A stretch of DNA of 64,000 nucleotides, taken from contig CAXHJY010000803.1 in assembly GCA_964016885.1 (NCBI GenBank), positions 1 through 64,000 on the forward strand. Direction: 5' to 3'. The stretch is from Eledone cirrhosa. Taxonomy: Eukaryota. The translations under genes and the position numbers were made by a program. Positions 31,924 to 47,838 of the stretch are shown piece by piece; the first letter of the stretch is position 1, and each line of letters opens with the position of its first letter. Under the pieces are notes generated by a model. The model ran no database searches, was not told where the DNA came from, and saw only the letters and a list, made by a program, of their open reading frames with translations.

Positions 31924-32926
31924 GGGGAGAGAGAGAGAGAAGGTCAACATGTCTCACACTAAATGACTGCATCACCAGCACTCGATGACTACCCATCCCC
32001 TCTCCATCGAATAAGAACGCTTGTATAAATACCTTTGCTCTGTACGAGAGTGTGTTTCATTTGTGTGTGTGAGGTTAATTGAAAGTAAATTCTCAACTGC
32101 AGGTTATAAAAGCTAAACTATCTGAAGTCTCCTCAGAGAAAGCTGAGTACAAATTCTAATATATCATCACTTACATCACTGCCATCACTTATAGATTACT
32201 TTATCGTCTCCCATTACAGTAGAGTTACCTCGTTCATTGACATCGCTAGAATGTCATTGACCTCCACAATAAAACTGAACCTCACTGCTGCAAAGAATAC
32301 TATGGGAATTTCCTGTTGTGGTGGTTGTTGTTGTGGTGGTGTTGTGGTGGTGGTGGTGGTGATGTTGGTAGTGGGGGTGGGGGTTGAGTTGATGGTGGTG
32401 ATGATGTTGTGTTGTGCTGGTGGTGATGTTGTAGTGGGGGGTGGGGGTGGAGTTGGTGGTGGTGGTGTTGCTGCTGTTCTTGTTGTCCCGTTGTTGCTGC
32501 TGTTTGTGAGGCTGGTAAAACAATCCTTATTGCTCCACAATCTTGTGACTGTTTAGCTCCGGCCCTGACAGAGCAGACATATAATCAAACGAATTCTACC
32601 GAGGATCACCCAGGCAATATATTAACAGAATCGATATCTGTTGGTACCTAATTCTTGCACTAATCAATTAATTGTTTTTCTTATTATTTTTTTTTTGTTT
32701 TTTTTCTGTTTTTTTTCCCTATTTGCATTCATTTAATTCTTTCCAAAGTCGACGAAATTTGATATAATATGGTCTTGTAACTCCTCGTGGAGTCGTAGGG
32801 ACATACATGGTGTCTTGGACGTGTTAAGCCTGGCAGAGCCTATCCCTCGCCAGGTCTGATCACAGCACAATTCTTTCAGTGAAGGATAGAAGAGAGAGGG
32901 AAGCTAGAAAGAGATATAGAGGAAGA

Positions 32927-33068
32927 ATTGACCCCAGTACTTGACTGCTACATTTTATCGACCTCGAAAGGATGAAAGGCAAAGTTAACCTCGTGGGGAT
33001 TTGAACGGAAGAAATACCACAAAACATTCTCTCCGATGTTCTAACGACTCTGCCAATTCGCCACCTTA
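32927..33068 (-). mobile_element. Family A SINE, internally deleted
   Basis: Reverse-complement core and head. Confidence 0.8.
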
Positions 33069-34380
33069 TAGTAAGGAAATATCGTAACTACCTTCCCATC
33101 ATGCCTCTTTCTCAGCCCTTTTTCTGACTTTGAATGTTGAAATGGTCTGTTTTGTTCGTCTCTTCTTTGTTTCATATTATTTAACTTTAACATTTCGTTC
33201 TGGCTCGGCCGGGTTCAACTACAGATTTCAATAAAGTTCCAATCCAATACTGAAGTCGAACACTCCCCATTCTCAGTTTCTCCGTAGAGGAAACCGGTTG
33301 TGATCAGATCTATGTCTCCATTAGAAATACCTCAAACATACTATATGCCATCACAGTGTCCCTGCGACTACATCAACTTATAAAGTCGTCATAGTTCAGT
33401 GTTAGAGCCATCATAGTACAGTATATATATCACCATAGTACAGTATATATATAGCAATGTTAGTAGACAATAGATAACATGATATTAAACACAATAAGTG
33501 TGTTAGACTCTATTTAACCCAAGGCTATCATCAGGCTGACCAGTGGTCAAATGGACAACTTTTGCCATTTATTTCACTTTATTTATTTATTTCTCTTTAT
33601 TTATTTATTTCTCTTTATTTATTTATTTATTTATTTTAATTATTTATTTATCTAATTATTTATTTATTTATCTCATTATTTATTTATTTATTTATTTATC
33701 TCATTATTTATTTATTTATTTATTTATCTAATTATTTATTCATTTATGTTATTACCTTTCTTTCTTCAGACAGAATATATCTAGGAATACATTATCAAAT
33801 GTTTGCATATTTTTAAGACGGTAAGGTGTGATATAATGAGGATCTGGCTGCTATGTTTAGCAAAGTGAATGGCTGTGTGGTGTGTTAGTGCAGTAGTAGA
33901 ACCAGATATCCAGGATTTAGCAGCTGATTAAGTTGGAGAATATTTGCCAGATTTTCCAGAAGGTGGCGGGAATTACATAACTAACTTGGTTAACTGAGAG
34001 CATTGGCTTTTATATAAGAAAACTACTGTCTGTGTAGTATATATATACCAACACGTGGGTAGACACACACGCACGCACGCACGCACGCACGCACAGACAT
34101 ACACACATTTATATATGTGTGTATGTTTGTGTGTAAGTATTCAGGGTATATGTACGTGTATGTATATATAAATAAATAAAATAAAATAAAATTAAATAAA
34201 CAAATAAATTTATTTATTTATTTATTTATTTATTTATTTTCCTGCTCTGTAAAATACCTGATGTTCTTACATTGAGCTATTTCCCTTACTGGTAATAAGG
34301 TAATAGGAAATGACTGACCTTTCCTGTTTATAGTTGTTTATAGTATATACATAACTATAAATAGTATTATTATTATATAT

Positions 34381-34480
34381 AACTTTGCCTTTCATCCTTA
34401 CGGGGTCGATAAAATAAAGTACCAGTAATACACTGGGATAATTGCTGGCCTTGTGCCAAAAGTAGAAACAATTATTATTA
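34381..34480 (+). mobile_element. 5'-truncated family A SINE
   Basis: Core and ATT tail. Confidence 0.88.
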
Positions 34481-34664
34481 GATATAAATATATATATGTA
34501 TATATATATATATATATATATAAATGTATTGTATGTATATAAATATATATAACTATATGTATGTATGTATATATATATGTATTGTATGTATATAAATATA
34601 TATAACTGTATGTATGTATGTATATATATATGTATTGTATGTATATAAATATATATAACTGTAT

Positions 34665-34698
<34 letters not shown>

Positions 34699-35037
34699 TT
34701 ACATGATGGATGTTAAAAGATGATGATGATGCTATGTATATATATATATATATCATCATCATCAGAGAAATATAGAACAATTTTACGTGTGTATAAGCAG
34801 AGATTTACTCTAAATATATAATGGTCTTTGTGCTATTATCCTATACTAGCTATGTTTTTTGACATCTGTAGAAAACATAGCTTACATAAACATTGATGTT
34901 TGGGGAATATTTACCTTTCATAACACAACAATGACTCAATGTTGTGTAATCATTGCCTCATCTTCACCAATATCTTTTTTGCTTTACGTCTTTACAGTTG
35001 TTTTGTATATATATATATAATATATATATATATATAT

Positions 35038-35148
35038 AACAAAGGAATTGTGGTAAGGAACCAGATGGACCATAACGCACCAGAGTACTCAATACTTAGG
35101 ATAGTAGAGTGGGAAATAGGAAAAAGTATGACCCCGACGGCAGAGCTG
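35038..35148 (-). mobile_element. Family C element, minus strand
   Basis: Reverse complement of the family C tail at 59760-59866. Confidence 0.85.
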
Positions 35149-35346
35149 TATATGATAGATAGATACTATCTATCTATCTATCATATACACACACACACGC
35201 ATAGCAGTATGCACAAACACATCTACGTACACATAGACACACACACATATATATACACACACACATATATATACACACACACACACATACGTTATTTGGA
35301 CTGATTAATGTTTTATTAATATTGAGGACTCGTCGCCTTTGATTTA

Positions 35347-35378
<32 letters not shown>

Positions 35379-35431
35379 GTGCGTGTTAGTGTGTATTTGT
35401 GTGTGTGTGTGTATATATATATATGTGTGTG

Positions 35432-35466
<35 letters not shown>

Positions 35467-35583
35467 TCTTTTTTAATTGAGTTTGAATTATTTTCCCACA
35501 TCTTACGTTAACTATTTTTCCATAGTCACTTATATATTATGGAATACTGTTGGCTTCTTGCTACAATAATTTCTATACTTTTC

Positions 35584-35620
<37 letters not shown>

Positions 35621-35845
35621 TGTAGTTGACGGCTGAGAGAAAAGACTACTCAATACCGAGGTAGAGTTTAAATATTCATGATGACACTTTGATAAGCAGA
35701 AGAAACTCCAGAGTAACAACACACCTTTTAACCTTAATAAAATGAATATACATATATATACACACACATATATATACACACACACATATATATATACACA
35801 CACACACACATATATATATATACACACATATATATATATACACAC

Positions 35846-35929
<84 letters not shown>

Positions 35930-36316
35930 GTATATATATTAAATCAAAGGCGACGAGTCCTCAATATTAATAAAACATTAATCAGTCCAAATAACGTATG
36001 TGTGTGTGTGTGTGTATATATGTGTGTGTCTGTGTACGTAGATGTGTTTGTGCATACGGCTATGTGTGTGCATTTGTGTAAATGTTTGTGTGCATGTGTG
36101 TGTATATGTATGTTTGTGTGTGTATGTGTATGTTTGTGTGTATTTGTGTGTGTGTGTGTGAGACGTGCTTTTGTAACAGATAAGTGAGACAATGAGTGAA
36201 AGGGAGAGAGGGGGAGAGAGGGGAGAGAGGGGAAGAGAGTGAGGGAGAGAGAGAGAAGGGTGGATGGTGAGGGGGAGATATAGAGACTAAGAAGGAGAGA
36301 GACAGAGAGGGACAAA

Positions 36317-37267
36317 ATGTGTGTGTATGTATGTATGTATGTATGTATGTATATATGTATGTGTGTATATATGTGTGTGAGTATATACGTGTGTGTGTAT
36401 ATATATATGTATGTGTGTGTATATGTATGCGTGTATATATATATATATATATATATATTTATGTGTATATGTATATATGTATGTATGTATATATGTGTGT
36501 GTATATATTTATATATGTGTGTGTATATATTTATATGTATGTGTGAATATAAATGTATGTGTGTATATATATATGTATGTGAGTCGATATGTATGCGTAT
36601 ATATATGTATGTGTGTATATATATATATGTGTGTATATATATATATGTATGTGTGTGTATATATATATATGTATGTGTGTGTATATATATATATGTATGT
36701 GTGTGTATATATATATATGTATGTGTGTGTGTATATATATATATGTATGTGTGTGTGTATATATATATATATGTATGTGTGTATATATATATATATGTAT
36801 GTGTGTATATATATATATGTGTGTATATATATATATATATGTGTGTATATATATATATATGTGTGTATATATATATATATATGTGTGTGTATATATATAT
36901 ATATATATATGTGTGTATATATATATATATATATGTGTGTATATATATATATATATATGTGTGTATATATATATATATATATGTGTGTATATATATATAT
37001 ATGTGTGTATATATATATATATGTGTGTATATATATATATGTATGTGTATATATATATATATATGTATGTGTATATATATATATATATATGTGTATATAT
37101 ATATATATGTGTGTATGTGTATATATATGTATGTGTATATATATGTATGTGTATATATGTGTGTATATATATATATGTGTGTGTGTATATATATATATGT
37201 GTGTGTGTATATATATATATGTGTGTGTGTATATATATATATGTGTGTGTGTATATATATGTATGTG

Positions 37268-37298
<31 letters not shown>

Positions 37299-37371
37299 GT
37301 GTATGTGTATATAGATGTATGTGTATATATATTTATATGTATGTATGTGTATGTATGTATGTATGTGTGTG

Positions 37372-37402
<31 letters not shown>

Positions 37403-37507
37403 ATGTATGAATGTGTGTATATATATATATATATATGTATGTATGTGTGTGTATATATATATATATGTATGTATGTGTGTATATATATATATATGTATGT
37501 ATGTGTG

Positions 37508-37538
<31 letters not shown>

Positions 37539-38600
37539 GCGTATATATATATATATGTATGTATGTGTGTGTATATATATATATATGTATGTATGTGTGT
37601 GTATATATATATATATGTATGTATGTGTGTGTATATATATATGTATGTATGTATGTATGTGTAACTGGAAGATTGTTTACTCTTGGTGAGATGTTTATTT
37701 ACCTACCTAGAAGAGGTTGTTGTTGTGATTGCTGCGACAGTAGGGGTGGGGGAGGTAGATGTGGTGATAGGGGTTATGGTGGTGGTGGTGTTAGTAGTTG
37801 TGGTGGTGGTATTAGTTGTAGTGGTGGTAGTAGTGGTGATGGTGGTAGTATTTGTTGTAGCTGTAGTAGTAGTGGTGGTAGTAGTATTTGTAGTAGTGGT
37901 GGTGGTAGTATTTGTAGTAGTAATGGTGGTAGTAGTGGTGGTGGTAGTGTTTGTAGTAGCTGTAGTAGTAGTGGTGCTAGTAGTGTTTGTAGTAGATGTA
38001 GTAGTAGTGGTGGTAGTATTTGTAGTAGATGTAGTAGTGGTAGTAGTGCTGGTGGTAGTATTTGTAGTAGCTGTAGTAGTAGTGGTGGTATATGTCATAC
38101 TGTTGTCGTGGTGAATTATTACATTATTGGTGATAGTCTAAACTGGTTATAACTATAGAAAATATTGAGCGTGAATAAGTTAGTGTGTATATATATATAT
38201 ATATATGTGTGTATGTGTGTGTGTATGTGTGTGTGTATATATATATGTGTGTGTGTGTATATATATATATGTGTGTGTGTGTATATATATATGTGTGTGT
38301 GTGTGTATATATATATGTGTGTGTGTGTGTATATATATATGTGTGTGTGTGTGTATATATATATGTGTGTGTGTGTGTATATATATATGTGTGTGTGTGT
38401 GTATATATATGTGTGTGTGTGTGTGTATATATATATGTGTATGTGTGTATATATATATATGTGTGTATGTGTATATATATATATGTGTGTGTGTGTATAT
38501 ATATATATATGTGTTGGGTGTGTGTGTGTATATATATATATATTTGTGTGTGTATATATATGTGTGTAAGTGTGTATATATATATGTTTGTGTGTATATA

Positions 38601-38633
<33 letters not shown>

Positions 38634-38672
38634 GTGTGTGTGTATATATATATATGTGTGTGTGTATATATA

Positions 38673-38721
<49 letters not shown>

Positions 38722-38875
38722 ATGTGTATATATATATATGTGTATATATATATATATGTGTGTATGTGTATATATATATATATGTGTGTATGTGTATATA
38801 TATATATATGTGTGTGTGTATATATGTGTGCGTGTGTATGTATGTGTTTGTGTATGTGTGTGTGTGAGTTTGTGT
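36317..38875. repeat. (TA)/(TG) microsatellites with a (GTA/GTG)n tract at ~37700-38100
   Basis: Direct composition. Confidence 0.95.
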
Positions 38876-39224
38876 GTTCCTGATGTGAGTGACGGCATTG
38901 ATTAGCATCATCCCCATCTTCACCACCGTCATCATCATCACCAACATAATCATCATCATCTTCACTAACATCATAATCATCATCATCATCTTAACAATAT
39001 TTACAGAAATAGATTTTCATATTAATCATGCTATTTCTGATGATGATGATGATGGTGATGGTGGTGATGGTGTTGATGACGATAATGATGTTGATGATGG
39101 TGGTTATAAGAAGAGAAGAGATGAAGTGGCCCTGGTGAAGGGAGACAACCACGATGATGTTATTGTGTTGGGGAGACAAGCGTGACACCCACCCCCCTCT
39201 ACACCCCACCCACCCTCCATTAAT

Positions 39225-40046
39225 ACATACAGTGTATCACACACACACACATACATACTACATACATACATACATACATATATACACAGTCGATCAACAG
39301 ATATACACATATACACACAGTGTATCTCACACACACACATACACACACATACATACATACATATATACACAGTCGATCAACAGATATACACACATATATA
39401 CACATATATACACAGTGTATCTCACACACACACACATACATACATACATACATATATACACAGTCGATCAACAGATATACACACATATATACACAGTGTA
39501 TCTCACACATACATACATACATACATATATACACAGTCGATCAACAGATATACACATATACACACAGTGTATCTCACACACACACATACACACACATATA
39601 CATACATACATATATACACAGTCGATCAACAGATATACACACATATATACACATACACACACAGTGTATCTCACACACATACATACATACATACATACAT
39701 ATATACACAGTCGATCAACAGATATACACACATATATACACATATACACAGTGTATCTCACACACACAGACACACACATATATATATACACAGTGTATTA
39801 CACATATATACACATATATACAGTGTATCACACACACAGACGCACATACATATATATACACAGTGTATTACACATATATACACATATATACAGTGTATCA
39901 CACACCCAGACAAGCATATATATACCCAGTCTATTACACATATATATATATACACAGTGTATTACACATATATATATATACACAGTGTATTACACACATA
40001 TATATATACAGTGTATTACACATATATACACATATATACAGTGTAT

Positions 40047-40082
<36 letters not shown>

Positions 40083-40120
40083 CATATACAGTGTATTACA
40101 CATATATACACATATATACT
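39225..40120. repeat. Variable-length minisatellite with anchors CAGTGTATCTCA and CAGTCGATCAACAGA in (CA/TA)n
   Basis: Anchors recur about every 60-80 bp. Confidence 0.9.
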
Positions 40121-40746
40121 TTGAAGTGGCGCAATCATGTTGGGGACATTGTTTATATTATCTTCTAGTATATATTTATGTATATATACTTATGTATATA
40201 TATATATATATGTATATTTATGTATATATTTATGTATATATATATGTATGTATGTTTATGTATATATGTATGTATATATATATATGTGTATGTATATCTA
40301 TGTATAAATTTATGTATATATATATATATATATGTATATTTATGTATATATTTATGTATATATATATGTATGTATGTTTATGTATATATGTATGTATATA
40401 TATATATGTGTATGTATATCTATGTATAAATTTATGTATATATATATGTATATTTATGTATATATATGTATATTTATTTATGTATATATATGTATATTTA
40501 TGTATGTATATATATGTATATTTATGTATATATATATCTGTATATTTATGTATATATATATCTGTATATTTATGTATATATATATATATGTATATTTATG
40601 TATGTATATATATATATGTATATTTATGTATATATATATATATATATGTATATTTATGTATATATATATATATATATGTATATTTATGTATATATATATA
40701 TATGTATATTTATGCATTTATGTATATATATATATATATATATTTA

Positions 40747-40799
<53 letters not shown>

Positions 40800-40824
40800 A
40801 TTTATGTATTTATTTATATATTGA

Positions 40825-41195
40825 TGGCGATAGATTCGCAAAATGGGTAGAGCATCGGAAAAAAAGCGTAGCAATATTTTCCAGCACTTTACATTCTGAG
40901 TTCAAATCCTGCCGAGGTCAACTTTGCCTTTCATCTACTCGGGGGTCGATAAATAAAGTACCAGTCAAGTACTAATGTTAATTCAATTGACTTTTAGCCG
41001 TCCTTCAAATTGCTGGCTTTGTGCCTAATTTAGAAACAATTATTATGATTGGGGGGGGGGGGGGGGGGCAGAATCGGTAGAGGGTCGGACGCCATGCTTG
41101 GTGGCATTTGTTCTCGTCCTTTACATTATGAGTTCAAATCTTGCCTTGGTCAACTTTGTCTTCCATCCTTCCGAGGTTGTTAAAATAAAGTACAA
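40825..41195 (+). mobile_element. Two tandem family A SINEs (40825-41046, 41066-41195)
   Basis: B boxes and core. Confidence 0.85.
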
Positions 41196-41254
41196 GAAGA
41201 AGAAGAAGAAGCTTTTAATTAAGGTCTCTGTTGTTAAAACAGATTATGAAGGAA

Positions 41255-41765
41255 TCTCTCTTCATCTCTCTTCTTAGCTCTCTTCATCTCTCTTCTTAGC
41301 TCTCTTCATCTCTCTTCTTAGCTCTCTTCATCTCTCTTCTTAGCTCTCTTCTTAGATCTCTTCATCTCTCTTCTTAGCTCTCTTCATCTCTCTTCTTAGC
41401 TCTCTTCATCTCTCTTCTTAGCTCTCTTCTTAGATCTCTTCATCTCTCTTCTTAGCTCTCTTCATCTCTCTTCTTAGCTCTCTTCTTAGATCTCTTCATC
41501 TCTCTTCTTAGCTCTCTTCATCTCTCTTCTTAGCTCTCTTCATCTCTCTTCTTAGCTCTCTTCATCTCTTTTCTTAGCTCTCTTCTTAGCTCTCTTCATC
41601 TCTCTTCTTAACTCTCTTCATCTCTCTTCTTAGCTCTCTTCTTAGCTCTCTTCTTAGCTCTCTTCATCTCTCTTCTTAGCTCTCTTCATCTCTCTTCTTA
41701 GCTCTCTTCTTAGCTCTCTTCATCTCTCTTCTTAGCTCTCTTCTTAGCTCTCTTCTTAGCTCTCT
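41255..41765. repeat. Pyrimidine-rich satellite of TCTCTTCATC and TCTCTTCTTAGC units
   Basis: Direct. Confidence 0.95.
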
Positions 41766-42296
41766 AAACTAGTGGAATTGTACATCTTAAAGTAATTTCG
41801 CTACAATGTGTTAGAGAGCTAATAACGAAGTGCTTGGAGATTTCTCAGATTGTAAACTGATCCATCTAGATATATTAATACATCTTATCGTTTAATTTAC
41901 ACTTCATGTCATTCATTGAACATTTCTTCATTTCACCAAAAAAGACCAATTCCTGCTTCACAATCTTACACCCCCTCAAAGGACACACAAGAACTAGTCT
42001 TAGTTTACCAAGTTTTTGTAAAGTTGTTTTGATTGACTGTTTAAAGTGGGCCTAAATATGTATAACATAAAACACACACTTGATCTCTTCCAAACACAAA
42101 TCTGATGTAAATTGTTACATATATTTGCATCTAATGTGAACTACAGATATTTCTCTTTCGGTTTATGTGAATTGTTTTGTTGTTATTTCTCTCAGTTAAT
42201 TAAGACCAACTAATTTCAAATCCTCAAATTCAGTATTGGTTGGGAACGGGGAGAACATTTATGTAAACTATTAAGTAATTTGTACCGATTACATAT

Positions 42297-42582
42297 ATTA
42301 ATGTAGTCATACATGTGGCGTGGAATTGATTCAGTAATTAGAACGTATGGGATTGGGATTAATGTAGTCATACATGTGGCGAGGAATTGGTTCAATAATT
42401 AGACCGTATGGGATTCATGCCACCATTTTACATTCCCATCTCAAATCCTGCCGAAGTCACGTTTGATTCTTTCCCTCTAGAGGTCAATAAAATAAAGTAC
42501 CAGTAAAGTAGTGAAGTCGGTTAAACTCCCCCCACCCCCTACAAAAAAAGCTTTTGGTCGTGTGCCTAAATTAGAAACCATC
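42297..42582 (+). mobile_element. Old family A SINE with duplicated head
   Basis: TTAATGTAGTCATACATGTGGCG...GTATGGGATT occurs twice before the core. Confidence 0.7.
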
Positions 42583-42768
42583 TAGTGTTAGAACCATTGA
42601 AGAGGTCTCTACGTAGCGGCTCGGTCTGCTTATAAAATGACAGCCAAATCTCCAGCGAATCATACATTACAATCATAAAAATATATATATCATGTGGAAG
42701 TATAAGACTAAACAATCATTATATATTATATACAATGCTTCAGGCAAACTACATTTTATTATATATAT

Positions 42769-42953
42769 GGTGGATTGGCAGTATCCGTAGAGGGTCGGAC
42801 GCCATGCTTTCTAGCATAGTTACGTCCCTTTACAGTCTGAGTTCAAATCCCGCCGAGGTTAACTTTGCCTTTCATCCTTACGGGGTCGATAAAATAAAGT
42901 ACCAGTAATGTACTGAGTAATTGCTGGCCTTGTGCCTAAAGTAGAAACAATTA
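42769..42953 (+). mobile_element. Family A SINE, young copy
   Basis: Intact A/B boxes, core and tail. Confidence 0.92.
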
Positions 42954-43614
42954 TATATATACGCAGAGATTCGCACAAACACGCATTCTTATGCATGCAT
43001 GAAAACATAGAGTGGAAAATACAGAAAAGTCTCTTAGTAAACAACACAAGTGGGAGGGATGCAAGAATTGCAGATGGGAGAGAGGGGGAGAGAAGGAGAG
43101 AGAAGGATGAGGGAAAGAGGGGGTGAGGGAGAGAGGAGGGCTGAGAGGGATAGAGGAGGGAGAAAGGAGGGGTGAGAGGGATATAGGAGGGGAGGGGGGA
43201 GAAGGAGGAGGAGGTGTGAGAGGGAGAGAGAGGCAGAGGCAATGAGAAAGAAAGAGAGCGGGGGAACAGAGAAAGACATACACATACACACACATACTCA
43301 TACATACACATACACATAGCATGAACACAAAATGAAAATACAATAACAAATATATTTATGTACACACAAACACATACATACTACATACATACATAGACAA
43401 ACACACACACATAAACACATACATACACATGAAAACACATACATACACACGAAAACACATACACAGACAAACATACTCAAAAAAGGCATACATACTCCAA
43501 CACACACACACATACAGGCCCACACACACATACAGGCACACACACACATACAACGCACTGACATTCAGGTGCAGCCAAAACGATTAATGTCTACACACAC
43601 ACACACATACAGAC

Positions 43615-43990
43615 ACATATATATACTTATGCAGTGAGTATATACACACACATATATATATACTTATGGTGTGAGTACACACACACATATATACACTTAT
43701 GTTGTGAGTACACATACACACACATATATATACTTATGTTGTGAGTACACACACACATATATATACTTATGTAGTGAGTATACATACACATATACACACA
43801 TATATATACTTATGTAGCGTGTATACATACACATACACACATACATATACACTTATGTTGTGAGTACACATACACATATATACACTTATGTTGTGAGTAC
43901 ATACACACAACACATATAGACTTATGTTGTGAACACACATACACACATATACACTTACGTTGTGAGTACACACATACACACATACACACA
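43615..43990. repeat. ~33-bp minisatellite ATATACTTATGTTGTGAGTACAC(AC)n
   Basis: Direct. Confidence 0.88.
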
Positions 43991-44109
43991 CACACGTTAT
44001 TACGTAAGAGCGTATTTCACTTTGATGTAAACAGACTCAAAACCGCAGAGAGAAACGGCGGGAAAACAATAACAATACACATATATAATATATATATATA
44101 CATATATAT

Positions 44110-44191
<82 letters not shown>

Positions 44192-44494
44192 ACATACATA
44201 CATACATACATACATACATACATACATACATACATACATACATACATACATACACACATACACACATACACACATACACACATACACACATACATACATA
44301 CACACACATACACACATATATATATATTGACAGACAGAGTGACAGACAGACAGACAGAGACAGACATAAATACTGATGCACCTAGGTAAGTGCAAGCTAC
44401 AGGGAGACCGTAGAGACATGTGGAGTCAAGAGCGAAACGAAAGTGAAAGTAGATTTTATAGTAAAATAGTAAAAAGGTTAGTTTTGTGATACCG

Positions 44495-44556
<62 letters not shown>

Positions 44557-44901
44557 ATCGGTATCACAAAACTAACCTTTTTACTATTTTACTATAAAAT
44601 CTACTTTCACTTTATATATATACTTTATATACACAGGTATATTAATATATCATCGATATCTATATTTACACATACGTTAACACACTCGCACACACATCCA
44701 CACTCATACGCATATACAGACTAATATATATATATATATAAATGTATGTATGTATGTATGTATGTATGTATGTATGTATGTATGTATGTATGTATGTATG
44801 TATGTATGTATGTATGCATGTATGTATGTTTATATTTGTGTGTGAGTGTGTGTGTATGTATGTATGCATGTATGCATGTGTTTGTATGAATGCTTGAATG
44901 C

Positions 44902-44942
<41 letters not shown>

Positions 44943-45087
44943 TATATATATATAGTTATTATGTGTTGATGCGTATATTTGTAAATATATATATGTGTGT
45001 ATGTGTGTGTATATATGTGTGTGTGTATATATGCGTATGTGTGTGTATGTGTCCGTCAACATAAACAGATACCAATAGAAACTCCCA

Positions 45088-45812
45088 TACATTATAGAAC
45101 GTACACACACATTATAGAACAGACACACACATTATAGAACAGACACACACATTATAGAACATACACACACATTATAGAACATACACACACATTATAGAAC
45201 ATACACACACATTATAGAACAGACACACACATTATAGAACATACACACACATTATAGAACATACACACACATTATAGAACATACACACACATTATAGAAC
45301 GTACACACACATTATAGAACAGACACACACATTATAGAACATACACACACATTATAGAACATACACACACATTATAGAACGTACACACACATTATAGAAC
45401 AGACACACACATTATAGAACATACACACACATTATAGAACATACACACACATTATAGAACATACACACACATTATAGAACGTACACACACATTATAGAAC
45501 ATACACACACATTATAGAACATACACACACATTATAGAACGTACACACACATTATAGAACAGACACACACATTATAGAACATACACACACATTATAGAAC
45601 ATACACACACATTATAGAACGTACACACACATTATAGAACAGACACACACATTATAGAACATACACACACATTATAGAACATACACACACATTATAGAAC
45701 ATACACACACATTATAGAACATACACACACATTATAGAACATACACACACATTATAGAACATACACACACATTATAGAACATACACACACATTATAGAAC
45801 ATACACACACAT
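45088..45812. repeat. 20-bp minisatellite ACACACACATTATAGAAC(AT/AG/GT), ~36 units
   Basis: Exact 20-bp register. Confidence 0.98.
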
Positions 45813-46283
45813 CTTAGCACATACAGAAATCGAATGCTCCGACGCACAAATATTGATACACATGCATAGGGTGGGGGTGGAGTCCAAATCTGTATATGTA
45901 TGTATGTATGTGTGTGTTTACGTATGTATGTGTGTGTATGTGTGTGTTTACGTATATATATATATGTGTATTATATACACATACCTGTGTATATGTATGA
46001 TTGTATGTATGTATGTATACATATATAAATATATACTTACAACCCCAAACAAGACACGTTTGCAGAAAATACATAACCAGACACACCCATACAAATACAT
46101 ACACAGATATATGCACATGGACACATACCTTCTCACACACATACACACACATGCACACACTTAAACAGACATGCAAATACGCATACTGAAAGACATAGAG
46201 ATCGTAAATACTCACATATTTACATACACGCACAGACAAACAGGAACACATACATACACATACACAAATACCCACATATTCTG

Positions 46284-46314
<31 letters not shown>

Positions 46315-46366
46315 CGAACACACACACACACACACACACACACATACGTGGAGGCCTATATAGAAT

Positions 46367-46675
46367 ATAGAGGTGGTCCACACACACACACACGCACTAG
46401 AGGTGGTCCACACACACACACACACTAGAGGTGGTCCACACACACACACGCACTAGAGGTGGTCCACATACACACACACTAGAGGGGTCCACACACACAC
46501 ACAGTAGAGGTGGTCCACACACACACAGTAGAGGTGGTCCACACACACACACTAGAGGTGGTCCACACACACACACACTAGAGGTGGTCCACACACACTA
46601 GAGGTGGTCCACACACACTAGAGGTGGTCCACACACACACACTAGAGGTGGTCCACACACACACACACACTAGGT
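46367..46675. repeat. Minisatellite TAGAGGTGGTC(CA)n
   Basis: Direct. Confidence 0.93.
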
Positions 46676-47653
46676 GGCATTAGTTGCTGTATGATTGCAC
46701 AGTTCAATATCGACCGCAATATCAACCGTCTGGGTCAACGTGACATTAATGGCGACTGAAGTCTTGTGACCTGCGTAAAGCATTGTGTAGTATACACACA
46801 TACACACTACACATATATACATATATACACACTACACATACATACACACTACACATACATACACACTACACGTACATACACACTACACGTACATACACAC
46901 ATACATACACATACACACATACACTACACATACATATACACACATACATATACACACATACATATACACACATATACATATACACACATACACACTACAC
47001 ATACATATACACACATACATATACACACATACATATACACACTACACATACATACACACATACACACTACACATACATACACACACATACACACTACACA
47101 TACATATACACAGATACATATACACATACATACACTACTTACACATACACACAACACACATACATATACACACATATATATACACACACATACACACTAC
47201 ACATAATACACACTACACACATACACATTCACACTACACATACACACATACACACTACACACACATACACAAACAAAATCATCTAACGCTATCACTCTCC
47301 CTCTCTCTCTCATTCACTCCCTCTCTCTCCTTCTCTCTCTCACTATTTATCTCCTTCTCTCTCTCTCTATTTATCTCTTTCTCTCTCTGTCTATTTATCT
47401 CTCTCTCTCTCTCTATTTATCGATCTCTCCAAATCCCCCTCTCTCTCTCTATTCATCGATCTCTCGCTCTCTCTCTTTCTGTCTCTCTCTCTTATTTTTG
47501 CCTCTCTCCCTCTCTCTCTCTCCCCCCTCTCTCTATATATTTATCGATCTCTCGCTCTCTCTCTATTTATCGATCTCTCTAATCTATCTTTCTGTCCCTC
47601 TCTTATTTCTGCCTCTCTCTCTCTTTCTCATTTTCTTCGTTTTTCTTCCCTCC

Positions 47654-47736
<83 letters not shown>

Positions 47737-47806
47737 GCTCTGTCTCCCTCTCTCTCTTTCTCTTTTTATCGATCTCTCTAATCTATCTTTCTCTCACTCT
47801 CTTATT

Positions 47807-47838
<32 letters not shown>

